The notes: generated by a model not told the origin, from the letters alone. A stretch of 64,000 nucleotides of DNA from Pseudomonadales bacterium (GCA_022822135.1 JAJECH010000062.1:18498-82497), one strand, 5' to 3'; counted from the stretch's first letter, positions 38,121-50,348 are shown. Translations and numbers: made by a program.

Positions 38121-39593
38121 ATGAAACCGAATTGGTTACGAATTAGTGCGGCGAGTCTTCTGTGTGTCGTAGGTTCCTTGCTTTTCGCCCAAGAGGAGAG
38201 CATCCTCGAGGCGGAAGCGCTGGAAGTCGTCAAAGCGAACACGCTTGATGAGCTACTCCAGAACATTCAAGACCGGCGAATTGTTGAGAATCGAGAACAT
38301 GCTCAACGAGAAGCTGAGTTTCTCGCCAGCAAGGCTAATCAAGAACGTCTCTTAAGCGAAGCTCGAGCGGAACAAGCACGTCTTGAACGACGGAGCAATC
38401 AACTTGACACTCAGTATGAGTCGAACGAAGTCCGTATTGGTGATTTGCAGGAGTTGCTCGACGACAGGCTAGGATCGCTGCGGGAGCTCTTTGGTGTGCT
38501 TCAGCAAGTTGCTGGCGATGCACGTGGGAACTTTGAAGGTTCCATCATCAGTTTGGAAATACAAGGACGTGAAGAGTTCTTAGGTGATTTTGCCGCTCGT
38601 ATGGGAACTGCCAGCGAGCTCGCCTCTATCTATGAGATGGAGGAGATTTGGTCAATGCTCCAGCAGCAGATGATCGAGTCGTCAAACGTCTCGAAATTCC
38701 CGGCTACGGTCAACATGCTATCTGGTAGCCAAGTCGCCACTGACGCCATTCGAGTTGGCGAGTTTAACTTGATTGGACCAGAGGGCTACGTGAATTTTGA
38801 CGTTGATCTCAAAGCGATCACGGAACTCTCAAGACAGCCTTCGGCTGAGTTCGCCGGTTCCGCACGACGACTATACGACGCGGACCCAGGGGAATTAGTC
38901 GGTTTCGCACTTGACCCGACACGCGGTTCATTGCTGAGCTTAGAAATTCAGAAAGCGACGTTAGGCGAAATGGTGGGAACGCCGTTTGGTGGCATTGCCA
39001 CAGGGAAGTGCTACTTGCCATTCTGTGACGGTCAAGGCGGCATCATGGGCTCGATCATCATCTTGGTGGGTATTGCTGGTGTCATCTTGGCACTGGAACG
39101 ATTAATCGGACTCTTCTTTACGGCGCGCAAAGTCAATGCGCAACGACAAAATCCTGGCGAGCCTGACCCAGGTAATCCACTCGGTCGGGTCATCGGCGTT
39201 TATCACAATAATCGTGAGGTCGACGTCGAAACGCTCCAGTTGAAAATGGGTGAGGCGGTGTTACAAGAAACACCGAAGATATCGAGAAACATTGCGATCG
39301 TGCAGGTGATCTCGGTTGTTGCTCCACTAATGGGTCTTTTAGGTACCGTGATCGGGATGATTCAAACATTCCAGGCGATCACGCTCTATGGTACTGGCGA
39401 TCCCAAGATCATGGCAAGTGGTATCTCGACAGCGTTGATGACCACGGTCCTTGGTCTTTGCGTGGCGATTCCAACGGTACTGCTGCATGCGCTCGCGCAC
39501 CAACGCAGTCGTTCGCTGATCCACGTGCTCGATGAACAATCTGAAGGTATCATCGCGCAACACGCGGAAGATACTGGCCAAAAACTCGGGTAG
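38121..39593 (+). CDS. Long MotA/TolQ/ExbB proton-channel family protein (TtpC-like)
   Basis: It has a ~300-aa periplasmic N-terminal domain and a C-terminal ExbB-type channel (PLMGLLGTVIGMIQTF). Confidence 0.85.
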   Translation: MKPNWLRISAASLLCVVGSLLFAQEESILEAEALEVVKANTLDELLQNIQDRRIVENREHAQREAEFLASKANQERLLSEARAEQARLERRSNQLDTQYESNEVRIGDLQELLDDRLGSLRELFGVLQQVAGDARGNFEGSIISLEIQGREEFLGDFAARMGTASELASIYEMEEIWSMLQQQMIESSNVSKFPATVNMLSGSQVATDAIRVGEFNLIGPEGYVNFDVDLKAITELSRQPSAEFAGSARRLYDADPGELVGFALDPTRGSLLSLEIQKATLGEMVGTPFGGIATGKCYLPFCDGQGGIMGSIIILVGIAGVILALERLIGLFFTARKVNAQRQNPGEPDPGNPLGRVIGVYHNNREVDVETLQLKMGEAVLQETPKISRNIAIVQVISVVAPLMGLLGTVIGMIQTFQAITLYGTGDPKIMASGISTALMTTVLGLCVAIPTVLLHALAHQRSRSLIHVLDEQSEGIIAQHAEDTGQKLG

Positions 39594-39599
39594 AACGCA

Positions 39600-40112
39600 A
39601 TGGATATCTACGTATCTATTGTTCGATTTTTCGAGCAGGGCGGTGATGTCATCTACTTCATCGCCCTCACGATGTTCCTGATGTGGATGTTAATGTTCGA
39701 ACGGGCGTGGTACTTCCTACGAGAACATCGCAATGTGATCCGTGACGCAATCGAGGCGTGGGAAGCGCGTGACGAGCGTAACTCGTGGAGTGCGCATGCC
39801 ATACGCGAGCAATTGATCTCGGAAACAACCGCTCAAATTCGCGGTTCGATGCCCATCATTCTGACGTGCATTACGCTTTGTCCGTTATTAGGATTGTTGG
39901 GTACCGTGACCGGAATGATTCAGGTATTTGACGCGATGGCAACTCAAGGTGGCAACGCGCGATCAATGGCAGCGGGTGTATCTGCTGCGACTATTCCTAC
40001 GATGTCTGGGATGATTGCATCTTTGTCCGGCATCATGGGTTCGACGTTCTTGCGACGACGTATCGACAATGAAAGCGAACTCCTTGAAGACCACTTGACC
40101 TTGGATCACTGA
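39600..40112 (+). CDS. exbB: ExbB/TolQ-family proton channel protein
   Basis: It has three predicted TM helices and the LLGLLGTVTGMIQVF motif. Confidence 0.85.
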   Translation: MDIYVSIVRFFEQGGDVIYFIALTMFLMWMLMFERAWYFLREHRNVIRDAIEAWEARDERNSWSAHAIREQLISETTAQIRGSMPIILTCITLCPLLGLLGTVTGMIQVFDAMATQGGNARSMAAGVSAATIPTMSGMIASLSGIMGSTFLRRRIDNESELLEDHLTLDH

Positions 40113-40513
40113 TGGCTACTGGAAAACGCCGCACAAGCGACGACGAATCTGATATCAACATAACACCTATGCTTGATGTCGTGTTCATCATGTTGATCTT
40201 CTTCATCGTCACAGCCACGTTCATAAAACAGGCTGGTATTGACGTAACGCGACCGGATGCTGACACGGACAGTCCAAAACCCTTGGTCAGTGTGCTGATC
40301 GCGATAGGTCCGAGTGGCGACATTTGGATCGACAAGAACCGCGTTGATGAAAACACGATTCGAGCGCATATCGAACGCTTGATGGCTGAGAATCCGAAAG
40401 GCGGAATCGTGATTCAGGCGGACAAATTGGCATCGTATAAAAAATTGAAAGCTACGTTAGACGCCGCGAGAGGCGCTGGCGTACAAGAGGTGGCGATAGC
40501 GACCACAGACTGA
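40112..40513 (+). CDS. exbD: Biopolymer transport protein ExbD/TolR
   Basis: INITPMLDVVFIMLIFFIV contains the essential Asp in the TM helix. The size is 133 aa. Confidence 0.9.
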   Translation: MATGKRRTSDDESDINITPMLDVVFIMLIFFIVTATFIKQAGIDVTRPDADTDSPKPLVSVLIAIGPSGDIWIDKNRVDENTIRAHIERLMAENPKGGIVIQADKLASYKKLKATLDAARGAGVQEVAIATTD

Positions 40514-40527
40514 GGGAGGACATTCCC

Positions 40528-41139
40528 ATGCCCATCACGTTGACTTTACGGTATGCGATCGGTCTTGTCGGTGGCATATTCGTCACAATCGTCCTACTGT
40601 ATCTGATGCAGGCGATCATTACGTCGGACGAAAATCCGCTAAACGAAGCACCTTCGATTACGCTTCTCGAGTTCCACCGTGTGCTAGAGGACGAGGTGCC
40701 GGAACTCAAGGATCTCAAGCCGAAGCCACCGCCACCACCGGACGAAGCTCCGCCGGATATGCCGACGCCAGATTTTGACGCTTCTACAAATATGGGTATC
40801 GATATCGGTTCGATTAACCCTGAAGTGGATATCGACATGAGCGGTGGCGGATTTTCATCGGATGGCGAGTATCTGCCGATTGTGAAGGTGCTTCCAATCT
40901 ATCCACGACGCGCACTGTCACGTGGTATCGAAGGTTATGTGATCGTCGAGTTTTGCGTCACAGCGCAAGGAACCGTACGTGATCCTGTCGTTGTCGAAGC
41001 AGATCCATCATCTATTTTTGATCGGGCGGCGGTCAACGCGGCTTTGAAATTCAAGTACAAGCCCAAGGTTGTCAATGAACAGCCAGTCGAAGTGTGTGGT
41101 GTACCTAACAAAATTACGTTTGAGATGGAGGACGGCTGA
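40528..41139 (+). CDS. tonB: Energy transducer TonB
   Basis: It has an N-terminal TM anchor, a Pro-rich spacer (KPKPPPPPDEAPPDMPTPD) and a C-terminal TonB domain (YPRRALSRGIEGYVIVEF). Confidence 0.85.
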   Translation: MPITLTLRYAIGLVGGIFVTIVLLYLMQAIITSDENPLNEAPSITLLEFHRVLEDEVPELKDLKPKPPPPPDEAPPDMPTPDFDASTNMGIDIGSINPEVDIDMSGGGFSSDGEYLPIVKVLPIYPRRALSRGIEGYVIVEFCVTAQGTVRDPVVVEADPSSIFDRAAVNAALKFKYKPKVVNEQPVEVCGVPNKITFEMEDG

Positions 41140-41155
41140 TCTAGGCGTTTAAGCC

Positions 41156-42574
41156 TTGAGATTGGAGAGATGTATGCGTAAGCCAAGAAAAACGTCAATG
41201 TCGATGCTGCCTAGACTCGCGTTGTTAACAGTAGCGGTCGGGTTCGGATGGTCCGCGTTGTTTACTTCGATCGAACCTACTGCGAATGGTTTGTCGATTT
41301 CGATTAGCGGAGACGTGCATGCACAGACCTGCTTTCGGGATCCCGAAGATGACCAGGTAGATCGGCGCGTGCCGAACATGAACCTCTCGACTGCAGATAA
41401 GCTCGGTGAAATTCAGGAAATCATCGATACCGAAAACAATCCGCAAGCTGGTATTGAGGAACTCGATCGGATGATCGCTCGAGGTACGCGTCGGTACAAC
41501 GGCAACGAACTTGCGAACATCTACAAGATGCTGGCCTATGCATATTTCATCCTGGATGATATGCCGAACACCATCACTTACAACGAGAAGATCTTGGAGT
41601 ATTGTGACGATGTTCGTATGGGGATGCTATCAACGACGATGTTCACGCTCTCGCAGTTGTATTACTCACAAGAGCGGTATGGCGAAGCACTGGGAATGAT
41701 TGAAGATTGGCTCTTAATTGCCAGCGATCCAGGACCGAACCCTTATTACTTCGTTGCAACCATCTACTATCAACAGGATGATTTCGATCGAGCCATTGAG
41801 TACGTGGAGCTCGCGATCGACATGGCGACTGAACGAGGGATGCTACCGATCAAGAAATCTTGGTGGGGGATGTTGCGCTTCCTCTATTACGAGAAAGAGA
41901 ACTTTCCCAAAGTGATCGAAATTCTTGAAATCATGGTTAAGGAGTACCCGGAACGTAGCTCGTGGGTACAACTCGCCGGAATGTACGGTGAAGAGGGTTT
42001 CGAGAAGAAGCAGCTGTACGCGATGGAGTCAGCGAACGTGCTTGGTTTCTTCGATCGCGAATCGGATTACCTTCAGTATCAAGGGATTCTGATGAACGCA
42101 GACGCCGCGATTCGTGGTGCGTGGTACTTGCAAGAAGGTTTCGACAAAGAAATCGTTGAAGAGAGCTATCGCAGTTTGAATGCGTTAGGTCAGTCATATC
42201 AAGCATCGCTGGAAGACGATGAGGCTATTGAACAGTTTGAAAAAGCGACTGAATTTACTGAAGATGGTCGAATCTTCAAGCGCCTCGCACAGCTTTACCT
42301 CGGGAAGGAACAATTCGAAAAGTGCACAGAACGAGCCGAGGAGGCGATCAATCGTGGTGGGATCGATCGTGTTTGGGACTTAAAGATCTTACAAGGTATG
42401 TGCGAGTACAACCGGGGACGATTGACTCGTGCACTGGAGATTTTCCAAGATGCTCGTCGCGATGCTCGTGACGCAAAAGCTGAAAGCGCGGAAAGGTCTG
42501 CACGCGACTGGATACGTTACATTGAAAATGAGCGGAATCGTCTACGTGCGCTAGAGGCTGCCGAAGCCACGTAA
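41156..42574 (+). CDS. TPR-repeat protein (TtpD-like, last gene of the TonB2-type cluster)
   Basis: It has a signal peptide or anchor and multiple TPR-like helical repeats. The start could be 41156 or the ATG at 41174. Confidence 0.75.
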   Translation: MRLERCMRKPRKTSMSMLPRLALLTVAVGFGWSALFTSIEPTANGLSISISGDVHAQTCFRDPEDDQVDRRVPNMNLSTADKLGEIQEIIDTENNPQAGIEELDRMIARGTRRYNGNELANIYKMLAYAYFILDDMPNTITYNEKILEYCDDVRMGMLSTTMFTLSQLYYSQERYGEALGMIEDWLLIASDPGPNPYYFVATIYYQQDDFDRAIEYVELAIDMATERGMLPIKKSWWGMLRFLYYEKENFPKVIEILEIMVKEYPERSSWVQLAGMYGEEGFEKKQLYAMESANVLGFFDRESDYLQYQGILMNADAAIRGAWYLQEGFDKEIVEESYRSLNALGQSYQASLEDDEAIEQFEKATEFTEDGRIFKRLAQLYLGKEQFEKCTERAEEAINRGGIDRVWDLKILQGMCEYNRGRLTRALEIFQDARRDARDAKAESAERSARDWIRYIENERNRLRALEAAEAT

Positions 42575-42587
42575 ACGCTAAAGTAAT

Positions 42588-42619
42588 GCGAGTCGCATCT
42601 ACTGCGACTCGCGTTTTTC
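42588..42619 (+). terminator. Rho-independent terminator after the TonB2-type cluster
   Basis: GCGAGTCGCA-TCTAC-TGCGACTCGC is followed by GTTTTT. Confidence 0.75.
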
Positions 42620-42721
42620 ATATATTCGTCTGACGTTTGCCGAGACTCTCGAACAACTCGTGCTTCATAGAAACGTCCGACTTTCTAATTTGGCATACTA
42701 GAACCGCGAGAGGTCGAATTC

Positions 42722-43351
42722 TTGTTTACTGGGATCGCGCACGGGAAGTACCGTGCCAAAATTAGTAAACAGTCGGACGGAATCCTCAAGCTGACAATCG
42801 ACCTTGACTCGTATGGCGAAGACTTAACGATAGGCGCATCTGTCGCGATCAATGGTGTGTGTTTAACCGTGGTATCAATTTCAGCTGGTGTGGCGAGCTT
42901 CGACGTCGGAACCGAAACGGCTCGAATAAGCAATTTGGGTGAGCTATCTGACGGTTCGTATGTGAACGTTGAACGTTCTTTTCGTGTGGGGGACGAAGTT
43001 GGCGGTCACATCTTGTCCGGGCATGTCGCTGATGTCGTGATGGTCGAGAGCAACACGCGAAATGGCTCAGAGTCGTTGCTTGAGTTTCGAGTTCCGGAAG
43101 CTTGGCGCCAGTACGTTATGTCGAAAGGCTTTATCGCGCTCAATGGATGTAGCCTTACGGTAGCAGAATTCGATCGTGAATCGGGTATCGGTTCAATCAA
43201 TCTCATACCTGAGACTTTGCGTAGAACTACCTTTGATGAGGTCACGAAAGGCGATCGCTTGAACTTAGAGGTGGACTCGCAGACACAAGCAGTAGTCGAC
43301 ACGGTTCGTTCGATGATGTCTGACAAAAACTGGTTGCAGTCGATTCAATGA
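42722..43351 (+). CDS. ribE: Riboflavin synthase (alpha chain)
   Basis: It has the MFTGI N-terminus and two lumazine-binding repeats (GASVAINGVCLTV / ALNGCSLTV). The start codon is TTG. Confidence 0.9.
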   Translation: MFTGIAHGKYRAKISKQSDGILKLTIDLDSYGEDLTIGASVAINGVCLTVVSISAGVASFDVGTETARISNLGELSDGSYVNVERSFRVGDEVGGHILSGHVADVVMVESNTRNGSESLLEFRVPEAWRQYVMSKGFIALNGCSLTVAEFDRESGIGSINLIPETLRRTTFDEVTKGDRLNLEVDSQTQAVVDTVRSMMSDKNWLQSIQ

Positions 43352-44166
43352 CAGCTCGAAACAGCTTCCATACTCAGGTTGAAATAGCGTGGGATCAAAC
43401 GAGGTCGCTGCTTTGCGTGGGTCTGGACCCAAGGCTTGACTTGCTTCCCGCTCCATTTGAGAAGGATCGTGATAGCGTATTAGAGTTTTGTAAGACGATC
43501 GTTGATGCAACGAGTGGTTCAGCATGTGCATATAAACCGAACCATGCTTTCTATGCTGCACTAGGTCTGGAAGACGAACTCGCCGACCTTGTCGAGTACA
43601 TCCACAACCGGTATCAAGACATTCCGGTGATTCTGGATGCAAAGCGCGGTGACATCGATTCGACTGCCGAGCATTACGCGATCGAAGCATTTGATCGCTA
43701 CGACGTTGACGCCGTTACGGTTAATCCTTTCCTGGGTTGGGACACTGTAGAGCCATTCCTTGCGTGGGAGGATCGAGGGATCTTCGTGCTGTGTCGGACA
43801 AGTAACAAAGGCAGTGCGTGGCTACAAACCCAACCCGATATTGATCCGATATACGAACAAATCGCGGAACGCGTGGATGCACTGAATAATCCGAACGTTG
43901 GTTTAGTGGTAGGCGCGACGAACTTAGAGGAACTTCGCGAGATTCGTGACTATGCGCCGGATACTCTGTTGCTGATTCCCGGCGTTGGTATTCAAGGTGC
44001 GAAAGCTGAAGACGTCCTCGAGACTGGATGCGCTGATGATGGGCGCGAAGTACTAATCAACGTATCGCGCGGCATCATCCACCAGGACGAGTCGGCCGAA
44101 TACCTTGACTCCGTCACAGCAAAAGCTCAAGAATATGCATCACAGATGATGATCGATGCAGAGTGA
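43348..44166 (+). CDS. pyrF: Orotidine 5'-phosphate decarboxylase (type 2)
   Basis: LCVGLDP and DAKRGDIDSTA are present. The 272-aa length fits the long type. Confidence 0.9.
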   Translation: MTARNSFHTQVEIAWDQTRSLLCVGLDPRLDLLPAPFEKDRDSVLEFCKTIVDATSGSACAYKPNHAFYAALGLEDELADLVEYIHNRYQDIPVILDAKRGDIDSTAEHYAIEAFDRYDVDAVTVNPFLGWDTVEPFLAWEDRGIFVLCRTSNKGSAWLQTQPDIDPIYEQIAERVDALNNPNVGLVVGATNLEELREIRDYAPDTLLLIPGVGIQGAKAEDVLETGCADDGREVLINVSRGIIHQDESAEYLDSVTAKAQEYASQMMIDAE

Positions 44167-44212
44167 TGGGCGTTGCCATCTGTAGTTCGTACGAAGATCG
44201 ACACATAGAGTC

Positions 44213-45016
44213 ATGACGCGACCTTCGGTCGTTCTCGCGATCGGCGGGTTTGACGGATCTGGAGGGGCAGGAACTCTCGCGGATGCGCGCGCAATCCAGC
44301 TAAATGGAGGTTATCCGTGTACGATCGTCACGGCGATTACAGCCCAGAATACCTTGCGTGTCGACCAAATAGAACCTGTCTCCAGTGATTCGATTCGTAC
44401 ACAACTCAAGTGTCTCACAGACGATTTTCGGATTGACGCGATCAAAATCGGATTGTTGCCAAGTGTCGATTGCGTCGAGACGTTGATTGAGTGCTTGAGA
44501 ACCGAGGAATTCAATTGCCCCATCGTGCTCGACCCTGTAATGCGAGCAACCAGCGGTGGTCAATTGGCGGATCACGGGGCGATCGACCGACTGTTACATG
44601 GATTAGTGCCACTCGCGACGCTCATTACGCCGAATATAGACGAAGCGAGCAAGCTGGCGAGTAGGACGATCAACAACCTCACGGACGCGATTGCAGCGGG
44701 CAATCAGCTTGTGCGTAAGGGCTGTCAAAACGTTCTAGTGAAGGGAGGTCATCTGGAGATCGACAAAGGCACTGATGTATGGTGCTGTCAGGCGGGATAC
44801 GAGGTATTCGAAGCGGTTAAACGGGAGGACGGTACCGTTCGTGGGACGGGTTGCATGCTATCGTCAGCGATCGCGTGCTATCTAGGTCATGGACTGTCGA
44901 TGCGTGACGCCATTCTGTCATCGAAAACGTTCGTGAGTCACGTGATCTCTGTTCGTCACAGCTTAGGGAGCGGTACGCCGCTTACGACTGCCGGTATTCG
45001 GATTTTCGATCCATGA
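44213..45016 (+). CDS. thiD: Hydroxymethylpyrimidine/phosphomethylpyrimidine kinase
   Basis: AIGGFDGSGGAG, DPVM and VKGGH are present. It belongs to the PfkB-like ThiD family. Confidence 0.9.
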   Translation: MTRPSVVLAIGGFDGSGGAGTLADARAIQLNGGYPCTIVTAITAQNTLRVDQIEPVSSDSIRTQLKCLTDDFRIDAIKIGLLPSVDCVETLIECLRTEEFNCPIVLDPVMRATSGGQLADHGAIDRLLHGLVPLATLITPNIDEASKLASRTINNLTDAIAAGNQLVRKGCQNVLVKGGHLEIDKGTDVWCCQAGYEVFEAVKREDGTVRGTGCMLSSAIACYLGHGLSMRDAILSSKTFVSHVISVRHSLGSGTPLTTAGIRIFDP

Positions 45017-45642
45017 AATCGTCGGTTCCGCGTTTGCATGTGATCACGGACGAGACATTGCAAACCCGTTATACGCACGCCGAACTTGCTCAATTGTGCG
45101 TCGATGCTGGTGCGGACGGGATTCAATACCGAGAAAAACGAGAGAGGTCAGTAAGCGAACACGCACAAACCGTAACGAGGATGAATGAGATCTGCGCAAA
45201 TCGGGGTGCGACCTTAATTGTCAACGACTTCGTCGATGTTGCTATTCGAGCTCAAGCGTCCGCAATTCACTTAGGGAGAACAGATCAATCGATACCTTCA
45301 GCTCGAGCGTTGCTCCCTCAACGTACGATGATCGGAGGTACCGCCAATTCCTTAACAGAAGCACTACAGGTTGCGAAGCTCGACGTGGATTACCTAGGCG
45401 TAGGACCTGTGTTCGGGACATCGTCAAAAGCTTCGCCGGCGCCGCCACTAGGAATCGCGATGTTGCGGGAAATATGCAATCGCACGGACAAACCGGTGAT
45501 TGCTATCGGAAACATCCAATTAGAGAATGTCGAAGCAGTTATATCATCAGGTGCGCACGGTGTTGCGGTTCTATCTGCGATCTGTTGTGCACAGGATGTT
45601 GCGCAGACTACAAGTGACTTTTGCGAGCGACTCGGTCTGTGA
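45013..45642 (+). CDS. thiE: Thiamine-phosphate synthase
   Basis: IQYREK, VNDFVDVA, GPVFGTSSK and IAIGNI are present. It overlaps the thiD stop. Confidence 0.9.
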   Translation: MKSSVPRLHVITDETLQTRYTHAELAQLCVDAGADGIQYREKRERSVSEHAQTVTRMNEICANRGATLIVNDFVDVAIRAQASAIHLGRTDQSIPSARALLPQRTMIGGTANSLTEALQVAKLDVDYLGVGPVFGTSSKASPAPPLGIAMLREICNRTDKPVIAIGNIQLENVEAVISSGAHGVAVLSAICCAQDVAQTTSDFCERLGL

Positions 45643-46286
45643 AGCCAGCTGCCAATCCATGCCCAGAGGTAGTCGCTATCGTGGATCGCAGCTACGCGAG
45701 AGATCTGGATCATTGGCTTGACACCATTCGTCGTTTGAGCGATCTTCCGGAAGATCCGAAGGTGTGTGTCCAGATTCGCGTCAAGTCGTTACGTAACCGC
45801 GAACTGGAGCAAGCTGCAAAACTTGCGCGTGAGGCATTCGCTAATCGATCAGTATCGTTGAGTTGGAATGGAGATATTCACATTGCAACTTCTTGTGGAT
45901 TCGATGCTTGTCATCAACCGCAAGAAGATATAAGTGGGTTTCCAGTAGAAGCGTCACATCTGGTCCATAGTGCCTCGGTACATGACGAAGCGTCGCTACG
46001 GCAAGCTCAATCCTGTGATGTTGATTTCGTACTCTATGGTCCGATTTTTCAACCCCATTGGAAGAAGGTCCAAGCACAAGGAATCCATGAACTTGCAAAA
46101 CTCGCAGCTTTGGCGAACGTTCCTGTGGTAGCAATAGGTGGTATCAATTTGGATACGGTAACGAGGATTTCGCAGACTGGTGCCTCAGGCGTTGCATGTC
46201 TATCGAGCTTAATGGATGCCGCCGATCCGGTGGCCACGGTCACTAAACTACAAGCGAAATGGAGAACGGGCGTCCAGCTAGCATAA
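45639..46286 (+). CDS. ThiE/TenI-fold paralog with a degenerate ThiE active site (possible thiazole tautomerase-like protein)
   Basis: It has the same fold signature (VQIRVKS..., GPIFQPHWKK, VVAIGGINLDT, GASGVACLSS). The ThiE T-x-S-K segment is replaced by Q-P-H-W-K-K. The GTG at 45639 overlaps the thiE stop (GTGA). The tracked ORF starts at the TTG at 45621. Confidence 0.6.
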   Translation: MKPAANPCPEVVAIVDRSYARDLDHWLDTIRRLSDLPEDPKVCVQIRVKSLRNRELEQAAKLAREAFANRSVSLSWNGDIHIATSCGFDACHQPQEDISGFPVEASHLVHSASVHDEASLRQAQSCDVDFVLYGPIFQPHWKKVQAQGIHELAKLAALANVPVVAIGGINLDTVTRISQTGASGVACLSSLMDAADPVATVTKLQAKWRTGVQLA

Positions 46287-46382
46287 ATACGCGAACCAAA
46301 TGCCGACATTTCGTCAAGACCCCCTCGGCTTCCACTTCGGAAACGTACTGAGGGCTTAATCACGTTTGGCTGAACCTATAAT

Positions 46383-48388
<2,006 letters not shown>

Positions 48389-48393
48389 TCTCA

Positions 48394-49389
48394 TTGGACG
48401 TCGCCATCGCCGGGGCTGGTTTGATCGGGCGCATGCTCGGTCGGCAACTGACCCGTGAAGGGTATCGCGTCACTGTGTACGAACGCGAACCTCGAGAGCG
48501 ATCAACCAGCAGTTCGTATGTTGCGGCCGCGATGTTAGCGCCTTTGAGCGAATACCCTGATTGTGAACCTGCAATTTGGGAGATGGCAACGACGAGTCTT
48601 GACGCTTGGCCTGCGATCCTGGATGAACTGGATGTTCCCTATGGTATAGACGGATCCCTCGTTGTCGCACACACTCAGGATGCTTCGTTGCTGGTTAAGT
48701 TTCGGCGTACTTTGCACCGGGCTGAATTGAGTGGTGTCGTTGATCTGACGGCTAACGAATTGGCGACGCTCGAACCTGAACTTGCAGATCGATTTTCGTC
48801 GGGTCTTCATCTCCTAGGTGAAGGTTGGTTAGACAATCGTGTCTTACTACACGCGTTGGAACGGGAGTGTGGGGAGATTCGTTTCGAATGTCCGGTCGAT
48901 CCTGACAGGATGCACGGCGATATCAATGTCGACTGCCGAGGAAGCGACGCCGCGGACCCAGAACTTCGAGGCGTTCGCGGTGAGGTTGTTAGGGTGTTCG
49001 CACCGGATGTGCGTTTAAATCGTCCTATTAGGTTGATGCATCCGAAATACCAGCTTTATGTCTCGCCGAGACCGGACAACGTGTACGTCATCGGTGCTAC
49101 GCAAATCGAGAGCGGGTCTACATCGCCGATGACGGTGCGAAGCGCGCTTGAGTTGCTGTCAGCGGCATATACATTGCACGCTGGATTTGCTGAAGCCGAA
49201 ATACTCGAGTTAAACGTAGGTGTGCGACCAGCGTTCCCTGACAACCTCCCACGAGTGCAATGGCGCGATGGCGTACTGTGTGTCAATGGTTTGTATCGAC
49301 ACGGATATCTCATCGCACCGGCCGTTGTGCAAGCTGCAATGGATGAAATACGAGCGGTATGCAAGTATTCGTTAACGGCGAGCCAGTAA
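48394..49389 (+). CDS. thiO: Glycine oxidase ThiO (FAD-dependent)
   Basis: It has the dinucleotide fold VAIAGAGLIGR and belongs to the DAO family. It lies between thiC and thiS-thiG. The start codon is TTG. Confidence 0.8.
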   Translation: MDVAIAGAGLIGRMLGRQLTREGYRVTVYEREPRERSTSSSYVAAAMLAPLSEYPDCEPAIWEMATTSLDAWPAILDELDVPYGIDGSLVVAHTQDASLLVKFRRTLHRAELSGVVDLTANELATLEPELADRFSSGLHLLGEGWLDNRVLLHALERECGEIRFECPVDPDRMHGDINVDCRGSDAADPELRGVRGEVVRVFAPDVRLNRPIRLMHPKYQLYVSPRPDNVYVIGATQIESGSTSPMTVRSALELLSAAYTLHAGFAEAEILELNVGVRPAFPDNLPRVQWRDGVLCVNGLYRHGYLIAPAVVQAAMDEIRAVCKYSLTASQ

Positions 49390-49556
49390 TCGTCAAGCCG
49401 ATTCGGCTTAGTGAAGTGCTAGTGTCCCTTGGCTACGAGTGCGAGAAAGTTGCGGTTGCCGTGAACGAGACGTTTGTGCCTCGCCGGACTTGGGAATCTT
49501 GCGAATTAGAAACCGATGATCGTGTGGACGTGCTTGCTGCGATTCAAGGTGGTTAG
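49359..49556 (+). CDS. thiS: Sulfur carrier protein ThiS
   Basis: The size is 65 aa, starting MQVFVNGE and ending in GG. It lies immediately upstream of thiG. Confidence 0.9.
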   Translation: MQVFVNGEPVIVKPIRLSEVLVSLGYECEKVAVAVNETFVPRRTWESCELETDDRVDVLAAIQGG

Positions 49557-50348
49557 ATGACGGACTCGGGTTGGTCGGTTTATGGCACCGAATTGTCCAG
49601 CCGCCTGTTCTTAGGCACAGCGCGATATCCATCGCCAGCGATCGTCGAACAAGCGATTGTCGTGTCCAACGCCGATGTCATTACGACAGGATTACGCCGT
49701 CAAGCACCTCGCGAAGGCGGAGGTGATGCGTTCTGGGAATTCTTGAAGCGGCAGGACTGCCACCTTCTTCCTAATACAGCGGGGTGTGCCACCGCGAAAG
49801 AAGCCGTCACACTTGCACAGATGAGTCGTGAGATTTTTGAAACAGATTGGATCAAACTCGAAGTAACAGGCGACGAATACAACCTTCAACCTGACCCTTA
49901 CGAGCTCTTGACGGCGACACAGGAACTCATGAGTCTGGGATTTAAAGTGTTTCCTTATACCACGGATGACTTGGTCGTATGTACGCGTTTAGCGGAATTA
50001 GGTTGCGAAGTCATCATGCCATGGGGAGCGCCAATCGGGACCGGGAAAGGCTTAATCAATCCGTACGCACTCGCCACCTTGCGGAACCGCCTACCGACAA
50101 CCACGTTGATTGTCGACGCAGGTATCGGTATGCCGTCTCACGCCGCTCAAGCGATGGAGTTGGGATTTGACGGTGTTTTGCTCAATACGGCAGTGGCAAA
50201 AGCCGATGATCCTGTTCAGATGGCAGGTGCGATGGCGCAGGCTATCGAGGCGGGGCGTTCTGCGTATGAGGCAGGCGCAATGCCTGTGAGCGAGACAGCA
50301 CAGGCCTCTACGCCAATCGTCGGACGACCTTTCTGGCACGCGAAATAA
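49557..50348 (+). CDS. thiG: Thiazole synthase ThiG
   Basis: [24 protein letters not shown] and DAGIG are present. Confidence 0.95.
   Translation: MTDSGWSVYGTELSSRLFLGTARYPSPAIVEQAIVVSNADVITTGLRRQAPREGGGDAFWEFLKRQDCHLLPNTAGCATAKEAVTLAQMSREIFETDWIKLEVTGDEYNLQPDPYELLTATQELMSLGFKVFPYTTDDLVVCTRLAELGCEVIMPWGAPIGTGKGLINPYALATLRNRLPTTTLIVDAGIGMPSHAAQAMELGFDGVLLNTAVAKADDPVQMAGAMAQAIEAGRSAYEAGAMPVSETAQASTPIVGRPFWHAK

Noticed and set aside
42620-42721. An FMN (RFN) riboswitch might lie upstream of ribE.
   Set aside because: No RFN-element core sequences are visible. The region is short and follows a terminator. Riboflavin synthase genes often lack the riboswitch.
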